In this document: piece after piece, positions 12,498 through 23,575 of the stretch
How positions within the stretch are numbered: position 1 is the stretch's first letter
How the letters are laid out: each line of letters starts with the position of its first letter
Source of the DNA: Octopus sinensis
Lineage: Eukaryota
DNA length: 64,000 nt
Assembly: GCF_006345805.1 (NCBI RefSeq)
Contig: NC_042998.1
Span: 147,684,001 to 147,748,000 of the forward strand
Direction: 5' to 3'
The notes under the pieces: generated by a model
What the model was told of the DNA's origin: nothing
The model's input: only the letters and a program-made list of their open reading frames with translations
Database searches by the model: none
Translations under genes and position numbers: made by a program

Positions 12498-12711
12498 CAC
12501 TTTAGAATTGAAACCGACCATATCCAGCCCAAATATTCTATTTGTTTAATGTTCAAACTGTCCATGCCTAACTTCTCATACCTACTCTACAATGTCAAAT
12601 TAAGCAAGCACATGATGAAAATATCTTAGTTGCAAGATAATGCATGATTAATTCAAAACAATGTGAATAAATAAACATTACATTTGACTGAGTAATCTGA
12701 ATGCTAAAGGG
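12498..12711. mobile_element. Possible piggyBac-type MITE
   Basis: TTAA|CACTTTAGAATT ... GAATGCTAAAGGG|TTAA: degenerate CCCTTTAGCA TIR with TTAA flanks. Confidence 0.5.
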
Positions 12712-12984
12712 TTAAAGTCTATTTTTCCATACTTGTATGGGTGAGACAAAAGCACATTGGAGCTGTGTTTTCTATGACTGGATTTCTCTCTTATCACCAA
12801 CTCACATTTAGTTGCAAGCAAGATTATAATTTCCCAGTTTAATCAACCATAAACAGCCAAGACATGTTTATGAGGACAAATGGAAGCAAATGACACCAAA
12901 TGAACAAGACTTTGTTTACAAATATTGTGAAACACACACACACACATGCACAAACACAGACATACTCATATATCATCATCATCA

Positions 12985-13140
12985 TCATAGACGATGGGTT
13001 AGCAGATTTACGTATCAGTCAGTGTATGACCTTGGGCTATAGTAGAAGACACCTGTCCAAGGTGCTACACAATAGAACTGAATGCCAAACCACATGATTG
13101 TGTAGGAACCTTCTTAAACACACAGCTACGTTTGCACCTC
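12985..13140 (-). mobile_element. SINE family A head, decayed
   Basis: Reverse-complement similarity to the family A head. Confidence 0.65.
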
Positions 13141-14089
13141 AATAACATTTTGATAATTTAAAAAAAAATTTTGTGCTCTAAGTCAAGCAAAATATTTTGA
13201 TATGGTCTGAATTGCAGCAATAATTTATACCCATCTAGGTACCTACTCACAGCTAAGTTGATGGAGCTAGTGTGATCATTCTAATTAACTGGGTAGGCAC
13301 TGTCATTAGCTGGCTGTCTGCTATCCTATTAATTCAACTATTAGAAGACACAAAAACAAACTCACTGCTATGACTTCCATCTGAAATAGCAAGGAAACAT
13401 GGTATTAGTTTATAAAGAAAGTTCTGTAAACTTCCAGAAAGTTTCAGTCTTGTTTGACCTCTGGTATCTCTTGTAGAAAACACAAATATTTATAAATTTC
13501 ATTTCTCAATTTCACAGGATGCATTCACACACAGACTCCTGCACATACATGCATGCACACACACACATGCATACACACATGCACACACACATGCACACAC
13601 ACACGCACACACACACACACACACACACGCACATATGCACACACACATGCACACACACACATGCACACACACACACACACACATATAAACATACAGAAGC
13701 ATATAGACATGCACACAAGCACACATTCAAAAACACACATCCATACACATAAACACACAAACATACACAACTTCATATACACATGCACTCAAACACATGC
13801 ATGTACCCAAATACACATACATGCAAACAGGCATATATTCACATTCACAAAAACACAAAAACGAACACATAGAGTTAGATATACATACATCACTGCCTCT
13901 TGAAAGAATAAAAAACATTCTTTTATAATCTCATTTCTAAATGCAGTGAAGTGAAATGTCAATTGCAGGGACCAATGTCACAGTGTATCTGGTCTGACAT
14001 TCTTAAAGTTCTGCTAGTCCATCCTCTTGGATTGTTACTTTTTATTGACATTATAAGGATGAGACACAATACTGATTTTATTCATGGAA

Positions 14090-14360
14090 TATAGGGAAAA
14101 TGTACATAATGTAGGGAATATAAAGCAAACAGGACAAATTATGTTTGTTAGAGGGAAATGTGTACATACGTAAGAGTGTAAAGTATCAAATAGGTGTGTG
14201 TATCAATCAAACTGTGTGTATATTAGAGGGAGATGTGTGGATATACAGGACAGTGAAGTATAAAATAGATGGGCTGTATAAATCAGAGTGTATATATTAG
14301 AGGAAGTGTACAGGTACATATGAGAGTAATGTATAAAATATATGGGGATATAAATTATGG
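14090..14360. repeat. Degenerate ~73-bp minisatellite (about 4 copies)
   Basis: Recurring TAGAGG(G)AAATGTGT.CATA...AGTGTAAAGTAT.AAAT at ~14090, 14150, 14222 and 14297. Confidence 0.5.
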
Positions 14361-14526
14361 TCTTAAACATTTAGTGGGTTTGTGGCTTAGGCTCATCTAA
14401 ACATTATAGGGAATACCTAAGAACTACAGTAATAACAGCAACAGCAGCAACAATAACAATAACAAGATCTTTCTTTTGTATACAGTTAGTAAAAAACACA
14501 AATACCTAAGCATATGCACACACATT

Positions 14527-14573
<47 letters not shown>

Positions 14574-14667
14574 ACATACATACGTATATGTCTGGAGTGG
14601 TAATGATTCTGCCAACTTGCCACCTTATACACACATATACAGATGCATTATATATATATATATACAT

Positions 14668-15066
14668 TTATTCTTTTACTTGTTTCAGTCATTTGATTGC
14701 AGCCATTTGATTGCACTGCCTTTAGTCAAACAAATCGATCCCAGGATTTATTCTTTGTAAGCCCAGCACTCATTCTATCGGTCTCTTTCTGCCGAACTGC
14801 TAAGTTATGGAGATGTAAACACACCAACATCGGTTGTCAAGTGATGGTGGGGGGACAAACACAAACACACACACACAAATACATACATACATACATACAT
14901 ACATACATACATGCATATATATATGACTGGCTTCTTTCAGTTTCCATCTACCAAATCCACTCACAAAGTTTGGTCAGCCCGAGGCAATAGTAGAAGACAC
15001 ATGCCCAAAGTGCCATGCAGTGGGACTGAACCTGGAAACATGTAGTTGGGAAGTATGCTTCTTAAA
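14668..15066 (-). mobile_element. SINE family A, near full length
   Basis: Reverse complement colinear with 43572-43985, internal microsatellite included. Confidence 0.85.
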
Positions 15067-15144
15067 CTTATATATACACATAAATATATTCACATGCACA
15101 AATGTGCTCATACATGTAAACATATTCACGCATACAGATACATG

Positions 15145-15360
15145 TATTCTTTTATTTGTTTATTTGTTTCAGTCAGTTGACTGAAACCATGCTTTAAAGG
15201 GTTTTTTAGTCAAAGAAATTGGTCCCATGACTTATTTTTTGTAAGCCTTGTACTTATTCTATTGGTCTCTTTTGTTGAACCACTAAATTACGAGGACATA
15301 AACATACCAACACTGGTTGTCAAGCAGTGATGGAGGGACAAAAACAGACACAAAGACATA
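15145..15360 (-). mobile_element. SINE family A, 3' half
   Basis: TTGTTTCAGTCAGTTGACTG...ACCAACACTGGTTGTCAAGCAGTGATGG. Confidence 0.75.
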
Positions 15361-15437
15361 CACACATAAATATATACTTATATATATATATATGTGTGTG
15401 TGTGCATGTATGTATGTATGTATGTATGTATGTATAT

Positions 15438-15650
15438 ATAGTGAATCCAAATAAAGAAAAACAAATGAGTAAAAACAAGGTGAGGACGTGGTACAAGTAC
15501 TGTATTATCAGATGCTTAGGAAAGGAAAGAAAAAAAGATTTTACGTTTTGAGCAAAGCTCTTCTTCAGAAATAGAGGAAAGTCCAAAAGAAGGGAAGATG
15601 GAGGAAGAAAATTGCCAACGAAAAACACGTGGTTACATAAGTATATAAGT
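15438..15650 (-). mobile_element. Short pLTR-like repeat with degenerate HHR (15539-15572)
   Basis: Minus strand ATTT-CTGAAGA-A-GAGC(TTT)GCTC-AAAA-CGT-A-AAAT (G12 to A); same family as 7650 and 21395. Confidence 0.7.
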
Positions 15651-15666
15651 ATATATATATATATAT

Positions 15667-16466
15667 ACTGCACCATAATATCAGACACAAACACCCGACA
15701 CACACGTCTCCAGGAACTTAGAACCACACTCACAAATAGAAACTATTCACAGCCCCTAATAGACAGTGCAATCCAACGGGTACTTAAATTAAGTATAGAA
15801 GACCTGAGACAAACAAAACCAAAAAAGAAAGAACAATTAAAAACCCTTCCCTACATCTCTACACACAACCCACTCAACAATGAGGCCTTCAACACCATAC
15901 TACAAAGCACAGCCCTACTAAAGGGAGACCCAAAGATGAACCGGATCCTCGAAACACACACCATCATTAAAAGTAAACGGCAACCAAAATCCTTGAAAAG
16001 GATTTTAACCCAAGCTACACTGCACTCAACATCAACCACAAAACCAGCAGTTAGAAAATGTGGAAGGCCCAACTGCGGAATCTGTGTCATCTTGAAAGAA
16101 GGATCAGAATTTATACTGGAACAAGGCCACCAGTTCACCATTAGAACAAACTTCACCTGCGCATCAGAAAACTTAATTTACGTCATAACATGCGCAGGCT
16201 GCAATAGGCAGTATATAGGCCATACAAAAAATAGCTTACGTAACAGGATGGCGGTGCATAAATCACAAATTAGAAACCCTGATTACCGCAAAATACCGGT
16301 CAGCGGACACATAGATAGATGTGCTGGAAATGTAAATCCGAAATTTACAACTAACCCGCTCTATAAATTCAGTGACAACGCAACCTTCACACAACGCCAA
16401 AATAAAGAACTATATTTCATAAAAAAATTTAGACCAAGTTTAAACACCCTGGGCCAGGAATACTAA
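15667..16466 (+). CDS. PLE polyprotein C-terminus: RT thumb/linker and GIY-YIG endonuclease
   Basis: Uninterrupted frame with CGRPNCGIC Zn motif, NLIYVITCAGCNRQYIGHT (GIY-YIG), R-MAVH and terminal E...FRPSLN; the ORF-track start is in the upstream repeat. Confidence 0.9.
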
Positions 16467-16637
16467 AACAAAAGATAAGTCCTCCGAAAAGGAGAAGCAA
16501 AATTCCACCACGGCCGCTACTTCAAACAGACACTCACTCTGACGGAAATATGCCTTAGTAAAAAAAAGGGAAAAAAATTCTTTCGTGTAAATCTGACCCT
16601 GATACATACGATACAGCTAAGGGTCAGACCTGATTCT

Positions 16638-17030
16638 GATTGGTCAACAAGTTGATGACGTCTAGCTCTGCTAGAATGGACAGGATACAAACAGGGGACA
16701 GTCATTAGTCAGAATATTGATGACGTCCTTTTCTGCTTGACTAGTCACCTAACAAGTACAGACAGGGGGCAGATCTAATGTAGCTATAAGTCGTGATTGG
16801 GCAGAATCTGGATGACGTCCCGTTCTGCTTGACTAACGAAGCGACTGGTCAAAACAGGAAACAAACAAGAGGCAGTTATAATGCAGCGATTGGTCAAAAT
16901 AATGATGACGTCCCGTTCTACTTGACTAAAGCCACCTAATGAAACGATTGGTCAAAACGTTGATGACGTCACGCTACGCTGGATTGACCACCTAACAGGC
17001 ATTATAAAACCGAGCACTTCACAAAAACTC
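16638..17030 (+). promoter_or_regulatory. Candidate pLTR promoter: 5x (inverted CCAAT + CRE) followed by a TATA box
   Basis: ATTGG/ATTAG at 16639, 16704, 16796, 16889, 16947, each exactly 17 nt before TGACGTC (16656, 16721, 16813, 16906, 16964; the last is a full TGACGTCA); TATAAAA at 17003-17009. Confidence 0.6.
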
Positions 17031-17344
17031 ACTAGAACCACCCAGCGAACATCCACCATGGGTCATCACATTTGCTTAAGGTAAAAATGAATTCCTCGCT
17101 CTTTCGGAAACATCAATCTTCTGTATTGACCGCTTTCCACCACTTTGATCTGTTTTTTGTATTGAATACGTATCGTCACCGTGGGCCACTGCATCGAACA
17201 CTTTGAACATATACTTCAAACTATATATCAACTATACATGAACTATATATCAACTATACATGAACTCTAAGATGTCTGACTCCGTTGTGTATTATAAATG
17301 AATTTCTTGTGTTTGACGGCATGAGCTGTCTTTTTTTATATATA

Positions 17345-17390
17345 ACTTTTTTTGATAAGGTTCATTTCAGGAACTGAAACATGTTATAAT
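17345..17390 (+). ncRNA. Degenerate PLE hammerhead ribozyme
   Basis: TTGATAA-GGTTC(ATTTCAG)GAACT-GAAA-CATG-TT; palindromic AACATGTT; core mutated from CTGATGA. Confidence 0.45.
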
Positions 17391-17742
17391 GTATATATAA
17401 AAATTAAAAATTGTATAATGCAGCAGCATTTTCGAACTTCATTTTTTACAAATATATATATATATATATAATTAATTAATAAGGGTGAGAGAAATAGATA
17501 CTAATTAATAGTATATCTATTCAACACCAAGGGCCTAGTGCTCCGAGAAACCTGGATTATTATAATATTTTATAACATATTATAATATTTTTACAAAATA
17601 AATATAAGAGAGTGGTCACTATATGGCTCACTCTAGCACCAGTTAATCCAAAAGGTTTCAACCACGAAAATACATGTTTCCCATGAAAGTCAGTACGATT
17701 GTTAGCTCACACGGACAGGGCAAATAAAAAATAACAAAAATA

Positions 17743-17838
17743 CAGATTATTTTGGGACAATTGTTTCGCTATTAATGAATTAAATGTAATTTTACTTACA
17801 AAAAAATCCATTTGTAGCTCGTCAGCCAAAACTATCTG
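17743..17838 (-). ncRNA. Type I hammerhead ribozyme, array copy 1
   Basis: CAGATAGTTTTGG-CTGACGA-GCTA...TAGC-GAAA-CAATTG-TC^CCAAAATAATCTG; predicted cut 17756/17755. Confidence 0.9.
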
Positions 17839-18277
17839 GATGAAATCCACTCAATCACACGCCAGATTTTACCATAACGATAAATACGCGTGTGGTTCAA
17901 TTGATTACATCCGACGTTATAATTCAAATGCCCCAACTAACAGCGCGCCAAACTTTCACGGAAAACAAATACAGCATTTAGAAATAAATGCAGCATAATT
18001 ATAATTAATTAATAAGGGTGAGAGAAATAGATACTAATTTAATAGTATATCTATTCAACACCAAGTGGCCTAGTGCTCCGAGAAACCTGGATTATTATAA
18101 TATTTTATAACATATTATAATATTTTTACAAAATAAATATAAGAGAGTGGTCACTATATGGCTCACTCTAGCACCAGTTAATCCAAAAGGTTTCAACCAC
18201 GAAAATACATGTTTCCCATGAAAGTCAGTACGATTGTTAGCTCACACGGACAGGGCAAATAAAAAATAACAAAAATA

Positions 18278-18373
18278 CAGATTATTTTGGGACAATTGTT
18301 TCGCTATTAATGAATTAAATGTAATTTTACTTACAAAAAAATCCATTTGTAGCTCGTCAGCCAAAACTATCTG
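18278..18373 (-). ncRNA. Type I hammerhead ribozyme, array copy 2
   Basis: Identical core and stems; predicted cut 18291/18290. Confidence 0.9.
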
Positions 18374-18812
18374 GATGAAATCCACTCAATCACACGCCAG
18401 ATTTTACCATAACGATAAATACGCGTGTGGTTCAATTGATTACATCCGACGTTATAATTCAAATGCCCCAACTAAACAGCGCGCCAAACTTTCACGGAAA
18501 ACAAATACAGCATTTAGAAATAAATGCAGCATAATTATAATTAATTAATAGGGTGAGAGAAATAGATACTAATTTAATAGTATATCTATTCAACACCAAG
18601 TGGCCTAGTGCTCCGAGAAACCTGGATTATTATAATATTTTATAACATATTATAATATTTTTACAAAATAAATATAAGAGAGTGGTCACTATATGGCTCA
18701 CTCTAGCACCAGTTAATCCAAAAGGTTTCAACCATGAAAATACATGTTTCCCATGAAAGTCAGTACGATTGTTAGCTCACACGGACAGGGCAAATAAAAA
18801 ATAACAAAAATA

Positions 18813-18906
18813 CAGATTATTTTGGACAATTGTTTCGCTATTAATGAATTAAATGTAATTTTACTTAAAAAAAATCCATTTGTAGCTCGTCAGCCAAAAC
18901 TATCTG
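18813..18906 (-). ncRNA. Type I hammerhead ribozyme, array copy 3
   Basis: Intact core; 1-nt deletion next to the cut site in stem I (possible homopolymer error). Confidence 0.8.
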
Positions 18907-19344
18907 GATGAAATCCACTCAATCACACGCCAGATTTTACCATAACGATAAATACGCGTGTGGTTCAATTGATTACATCCGACGTTATAATTCAAATGCC
19001 CCAACTAACAGCGCGCCAAACTTTCACGGAAAACAAATACAGCATTTAGAAATAAATGCAGCATAATTATAATTAATTAATAAGGGTGAGAGAAATAGAT
19101 ACTAATTTAATAGTATATCTATTCAACACCAAGTGGCCTAGTGCTCCGAGAAACCTGGATTATTATAATATTTTATAACATATTATAATATTTTTACAAA
19201 ATAAATATAAGAGAGTGGTCACTATATGGCTCACTCTAGCACCAGTTAATCCAAAAGGTTTCAACCACGAAAATACATGTTTCCCATGAAAGTCAGTACG
19301 ATTGTTAGCTCACACGGACAGGGCAAATAAAAAATAACAAAATA

Positions 19345-19440
19345 CAGATTATTTTGGGACAATTGTTTCGCTATTAATGAATTAAATGTAATTTTACTTA
19401 CAAAAAAATCCATTTGTAGCTCGTCAGCCAAAACTATCTG
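19345..19440 (-). ncRNA. Type I hammerhead ribozyme, array copy 4
   Basis: Identical core and stems; predicted cut 19358/19357. Confidence 0.9.
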
Positions 19441-19877
19441 GATGAAATCCACTCAATCACACGCCAGATTTTACCATAACGATAAATACGCGTGTGGTTC
19501 AATTGATTACATCCGACGTTATAATTCAAATGCCCCAACTAACAGCGCGCCAAACTTTCACGGAAAACAAATACAGCATTTAGAAATAAATGCAGCATAA
19601 TTATAATTAATTAATAAGGGTGAGAGAAATAGATACTAATTTAATAGTATATCTATTCAACACCAAGTGGCCTAGTGCTCCGAGAAACCTGGATTATTAT
19701 AATTTTATAACATATTATAATATTTTTACAAAATAAATATAAGAGAGTGGTCACTATATGGCTCACTCTAGCACCAGTTAATCCAAAAGGTTTCAACCAC
19801 GAAAATACATGTTTCCCATGAAAGTCAGTACGATTGTTAGCTCACACGGACAGGGCAAATAAAAAATAACAAAAATA

Positions 19878-19973
19878 CAGATTATTTTGGGACAATTGTT
19901 TCGCTATTAATGAATTAAATGTAATTTTACTTACAAAAAAATCCATTTGTAGCTCGTCAGCCAAAACTATCTG
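19878..19973 (-). ncRNA. Type I hammerhead ribozyme, array copy 5
   Basis: Identical core and stems; predicted cut 19891/19890. Confidence 0.9.
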
Positions 19974-20412
19974 GATGAAATCCACTCAATCACACGCCAG
20001 ATTTTACCATAACGATAAATACGCGTGTGGTTCAATTGATTACATCCGACGTTATAATTCAAATGCCCCAACTAAACAGCGCGCCAAACTTTCACGGAAA
20101 ACAAATACAGCATTTAGAAATAAATGCAGCATAATTATAATTAATTAATAAGGGTGAGAGAAATAGATACTAATTTAATAGTATATCTATTCAACACCAA
20201 GTGGCCTAGTGCTCCGAGAAACCTGGATTATTATAATATTTTATAACATATTATAATTTTTTACAAAATAAATATAAGAGAGTGGTCACTATATGGCTCA
20301 CTCTAGCACCAGTTAATCCAAAAGGTTTCAACCATGAAAATACATGTTTCCCATGAAAGTCAGTACGATTGTTAGCTCACACGGACAGGGCAAATAAAAA
20401 ATAACAAAAATA

Positions 20413-20507
20413 CAGATTATTTTGGGACAATTGTTTCGCTATTAATGAATTAATGTAATTTTACTTACAAAAAAATCCATTTGTAGCTCGTCAGCCAAAA
20501 CTATCTG
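20413..20507 (-). ncRNA. Type I hammerhead ribozyme, array copy 6
   Basis: Intact core and stems; 1-nt indel in distal stem II; predicted cut 20426/20425. Confidence 0.9.
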
Positions 20508-20946
20508 GATGAAATCCACTCAATCACACGCCAGATTTTACCATAACGATAAATACGCGTGTGGTTCAATTGATTACATCCGACGTTATAATTCAAATGC
20601 CCCAACTAACAGCGCGCCAAACTTTCACGGAAAACAAATACAGCATTTAGAAATAAATGCAGCATAATTATAATTAATTAATAAGGGTGAGAGAAATAGA
20701 TACTAATTTAATAGTATATCTATTCAACACCAAGTGGCCTAGTGCTCCGAGAAACCTGGATTATTATAATATTTTATAACATATTATAATATTTTTACAA
20801 AATAAATATAAGAGAGTGGTCACTATATGGCTCACTCTAGCACCAGTTAATCCAAAAGGTTTCAACCACGAAAATACATGTTTCCCATGAAAGTCAGTAC
20901 GATTGTTAGCTCACACGGACAGGGCAAATAAAAAATAACAAAAATA

Positions 20947-21041
20947 CAGATTATTTTGGGACAATTGTTTCGCTATTAATGAATTAAATGTAATTTTACT
21001 TACAAAAAAATCCATTTGTAGCTCGTCAGCAAAACTATCTG
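20947..21041 (-). ncRNA. Type I hammerhead ribozyme, array copy 7
   Basis: Intact core; one G of the stem I 5' strand is missing; predicted cut 20960/20959. Confidence 0.8.
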
Positions 21042-21394
21042 GATGAAATCCACTCAATCACACGCCAGATTTTACCATAACGATATATATATATATATAT
21101 ATAAGCCTTACTAGTCTACCAGATAGAAGAAAGAGCATTGTAGAAAATGAAGGAGAGTATATTTTAGATTAAAAAGAAAGTTTGTTTATCTTCATTTTGA
21201 AAAATTAAGAGAAGTATAAAAACTACATTATTTATGGGATGACTCTCTCTCTCTATATATATATTATATATATATATCTTTTATCTTTTACTTGTTTCAG
21301 TCATTTGACTGAGCCCAGGCTGGGGCACATGTATATACACATATATACACATATATATTATATGTATATATATATATGTATATATGCTTTATCT

Positions 21395-21580
21395 TTTCTT
21401 TTCTTTTTTTTTTCCTCTGTCTTCCCTTCTCTGGATCTTTCCTTCTCCTATGTTTCTGACGAAGAGCTCCACTCGAAACGTTAAACCCTCCTTCTTTCCT
21501 TCTTTCCTGAGCGTCCAATAATACTATATTTGTTCCACATCCTCGCGTTGTGTTTTTTTGTGCTTTCATGTTTGGATTAA
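21395..21580 (+). mobile_element. Short HHR-bearing pLTR-like repeat
   Basis: Homologous to the reverse complements of 7650-7830 and 15438-15650; (TA)n-rich flanks. Confidence 0.75.
21452..21486 (+). ncRNA. Minimal type I hammerhead ribozyme with intact core
   Basis: GTTT-CTGACGA-A-GAG(CTCCA)CTC-GAAA-CG-TT^AAAC; palindromic AACGTT stem III; extra A after A9. Confidence 0.8.
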
Positions 21581-21606
21581 CTATATATATATGTATATAC
21601 ATACAA

Positions 21607-22072
21607 CTCTGTTGGACCAGATTCAGTGCCATATTTGTAATGCTATTGGTCCTGATCTATCTTCTAAATTGGATTCACTCTCTCATTGTCTTTGTGTGGC
21701 TTCCTTGTCTCTTTTCAATAAGTATTTTCATGGACATTGTTCAGCTGAGCTCTCTTCTCTAGTTCCTCATTTAAGAACTTATCAGCAATCAACTAGACTC
21801 ACATCCAGTTCTCATCAGTATACTGTGCAACCTCCTAAGTGTCGCAAAGCACTTTACAGTAACAGTTTCTTCCCTCGCACCCTTGAACTTTGGAATTCCC
21901 TTCCTCAGTCTTGTTTTCTTCCTCAATATGACCTCCAGTCTTTTAAGTCTGGTGTACATCGTTACCTATTGACTTCTGTCTAGCATCCATTTTATTCTAG
22001 TAGCACTTATGTTTTCAGTGGTCTAAGGACCTTCTAACGTGCGAATGCTTTAAAAAGAAAAAAACAAAAAAA
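21607..22072 (+). mobile_element. 3' fragment of a CR1/Jockey-group LINE
   Basis: ORF 21558-21983 contains VASLSLF..YFHGHCS.EL and YSNSFFPRT..LWNSLP..DLQSFKS; A-rich tail at ~22051-22072. Confidence 0.8.
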
Positions 22073-22214
22073 CATACATACATACATACATATATACATA
22101 CATATATATATATATACACACACACACATATATACACATTTATATATATATATATATACACACACACACATATATACACATTTATATATATATATATATA
22201 TACGCACATATACA

Positions 22215-22541
22215 TATCATCATCATCATCATCATCATCGTTTAACGTCCGTTTTCCACACTAGCACGGGTTGGACGGTTCGACCGGGGTCTGGCAAGCC
22301 AGGGGCTGCACCAGGCTCCAGTCTGATCTGGCAGTGTTTCCACAGCTGGATTCCCTTCCTAACGCCAACCACTCCGCGAGTGTAGTGGGTGCTTTTTACG
22401 TGCCACCTGCACAGGTGCCAGGGGGGTCTGGCATCGGCCACGTTCGGATGGTGCTTTTTATGTGCCACCGGCACAGAAGCTAGTCGAGGCGGCGCTGGCA
22501 TCGGCCACGTTTGGATGGTGCTTTTTATGTGCCACCGGCAC

Positions 22542-22545
<4 letters not shown>
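22215..22545 (-). mobile_element. RTE 3'-tail fragment (second copy at 23210-23545)
   Basis: (ATC)n followed by GTTTAACGTCCGTTTTCCACACTAGCACGGGTTGGACGGTTC. Confidence 0.85.
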
Positions 22546-22578
<33 letters not shown>

Positions 22579-22939
22579 TATGGTCACTGTTAGTGTATAT
22601 GCTTTCGTTCATGTGCATTAGAGCATTAGAGCAATTTAGCTCTTAGTTCTTGCAATGTAGGTGTTTTTTAAGAACCTAGTCAGATTTAGTAACAATTATA
22701 ATTCTCCTTTTTGTTGAAACATTGCAACCTGTTGCTTATATTAATTTTGTGTATATACATTAGTGAATTGCTAAATCATCTATTAATTTGGATGATGGAA
22801 ACATAATAGAAAAACAGATCTGGAAAGAGCTGAACACTGAGTGGGCTTAACTGAGGAGGCAACAGAAGTTGGCAAAACTGATGCCAGTCTTAAGAAATTC
22901 GCTGTTGGCATTTTATATATATTTATATATATGCAGATT

Positions 22940-23115
22940 ATGCATCCACTACACTCTCGGAGTGGTTGGCATTAGGAAGGGCATCCAGCTGTAGAAACAC
23001 TGCCAGATCTGACTGGCCTGGTGCAGCCTTCGGGCTTGCCAGACCCCAGTTGAACCGTCCAACCCATGCTAGTATGGAAAGCGGACGTTAAACGATGATG
23101 ATGATGATGATGATG

Positions 23116-23117
<2 letters not shown>
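22940..23117 (+). mobile_element. RTE 3'-tail fragment (second copy at 23940-24113)
   Basis: CACTACACTCTCGGAGTGGTTGGCATTAGGAAGGGCATCCAGC...GACGTTAAAC(GAT)n. Confidence 0.85.
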
Positions 23118-23168
<51 letters not shown>

Positions 23169-23540
23169 TATATACACATTTATATATATATATATATACG
23201 CACATATACATATCATCATCATCATCATCATCATCATCGTTTAACGTCCGTTTTCCACACTAGCACGGGTTGGACGGTTCGACCGGGGTCTGGCAAGCCA
23301 GGGGCTGCACCAGGCTCCAGTCTGATCTGGCAGTGTTTCCACAGCTGGATTCCCTTCCTAACGCCAACCACTCCGCGAGTGTAGTGGGTGCTTTTTACGT
23401 GCCACCTGCACAGGTGCCAGGGGGGTCTGGCATCGGCCACGTTCGGATGGTGCTTTTTATGTGCCACCGGCACAGAAGCTAGTCGAGGCGGCGCTGGCAT
23501 CGGCCACGTTTGGATGGTGCTTTTTATGTGCCACCGGCAC

Positions 23541-23575
<35 letters not shown>

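Larger units (their letters stand above)
15667..17452 (+). mobile_element. 5'-truncated Penelope-like element (GIY-YIG endonuclease plus 3' pLTR), flanked by (TA)n
   Basis: RT-thumb/linker and GIY-YIG ORF, downstream promoter-like repeats and a degenerate HHR. Confidence 0.9.
17469..21084 (-). mobile_element. Tandem array (~6.75 copies) of a ~534-bp non-coding monomer, each carrying a hammerhead ribozyme: retrozyme-like element
   Basis: Near-identical head-to-tail units; predicted cleavage sites spaced 533-535 nt; (TA)n at both ends; no protein ORF. Confidence 0.9.

Noticed and set aside
17469-21084. Array considered as a CRISPR array, rDNA/snRNA cluster or coding repeat
   Set aside because: No unique spacers, no rRNA, tRNA or snRNA motifs recognised, and only a 63-aa chance ORF
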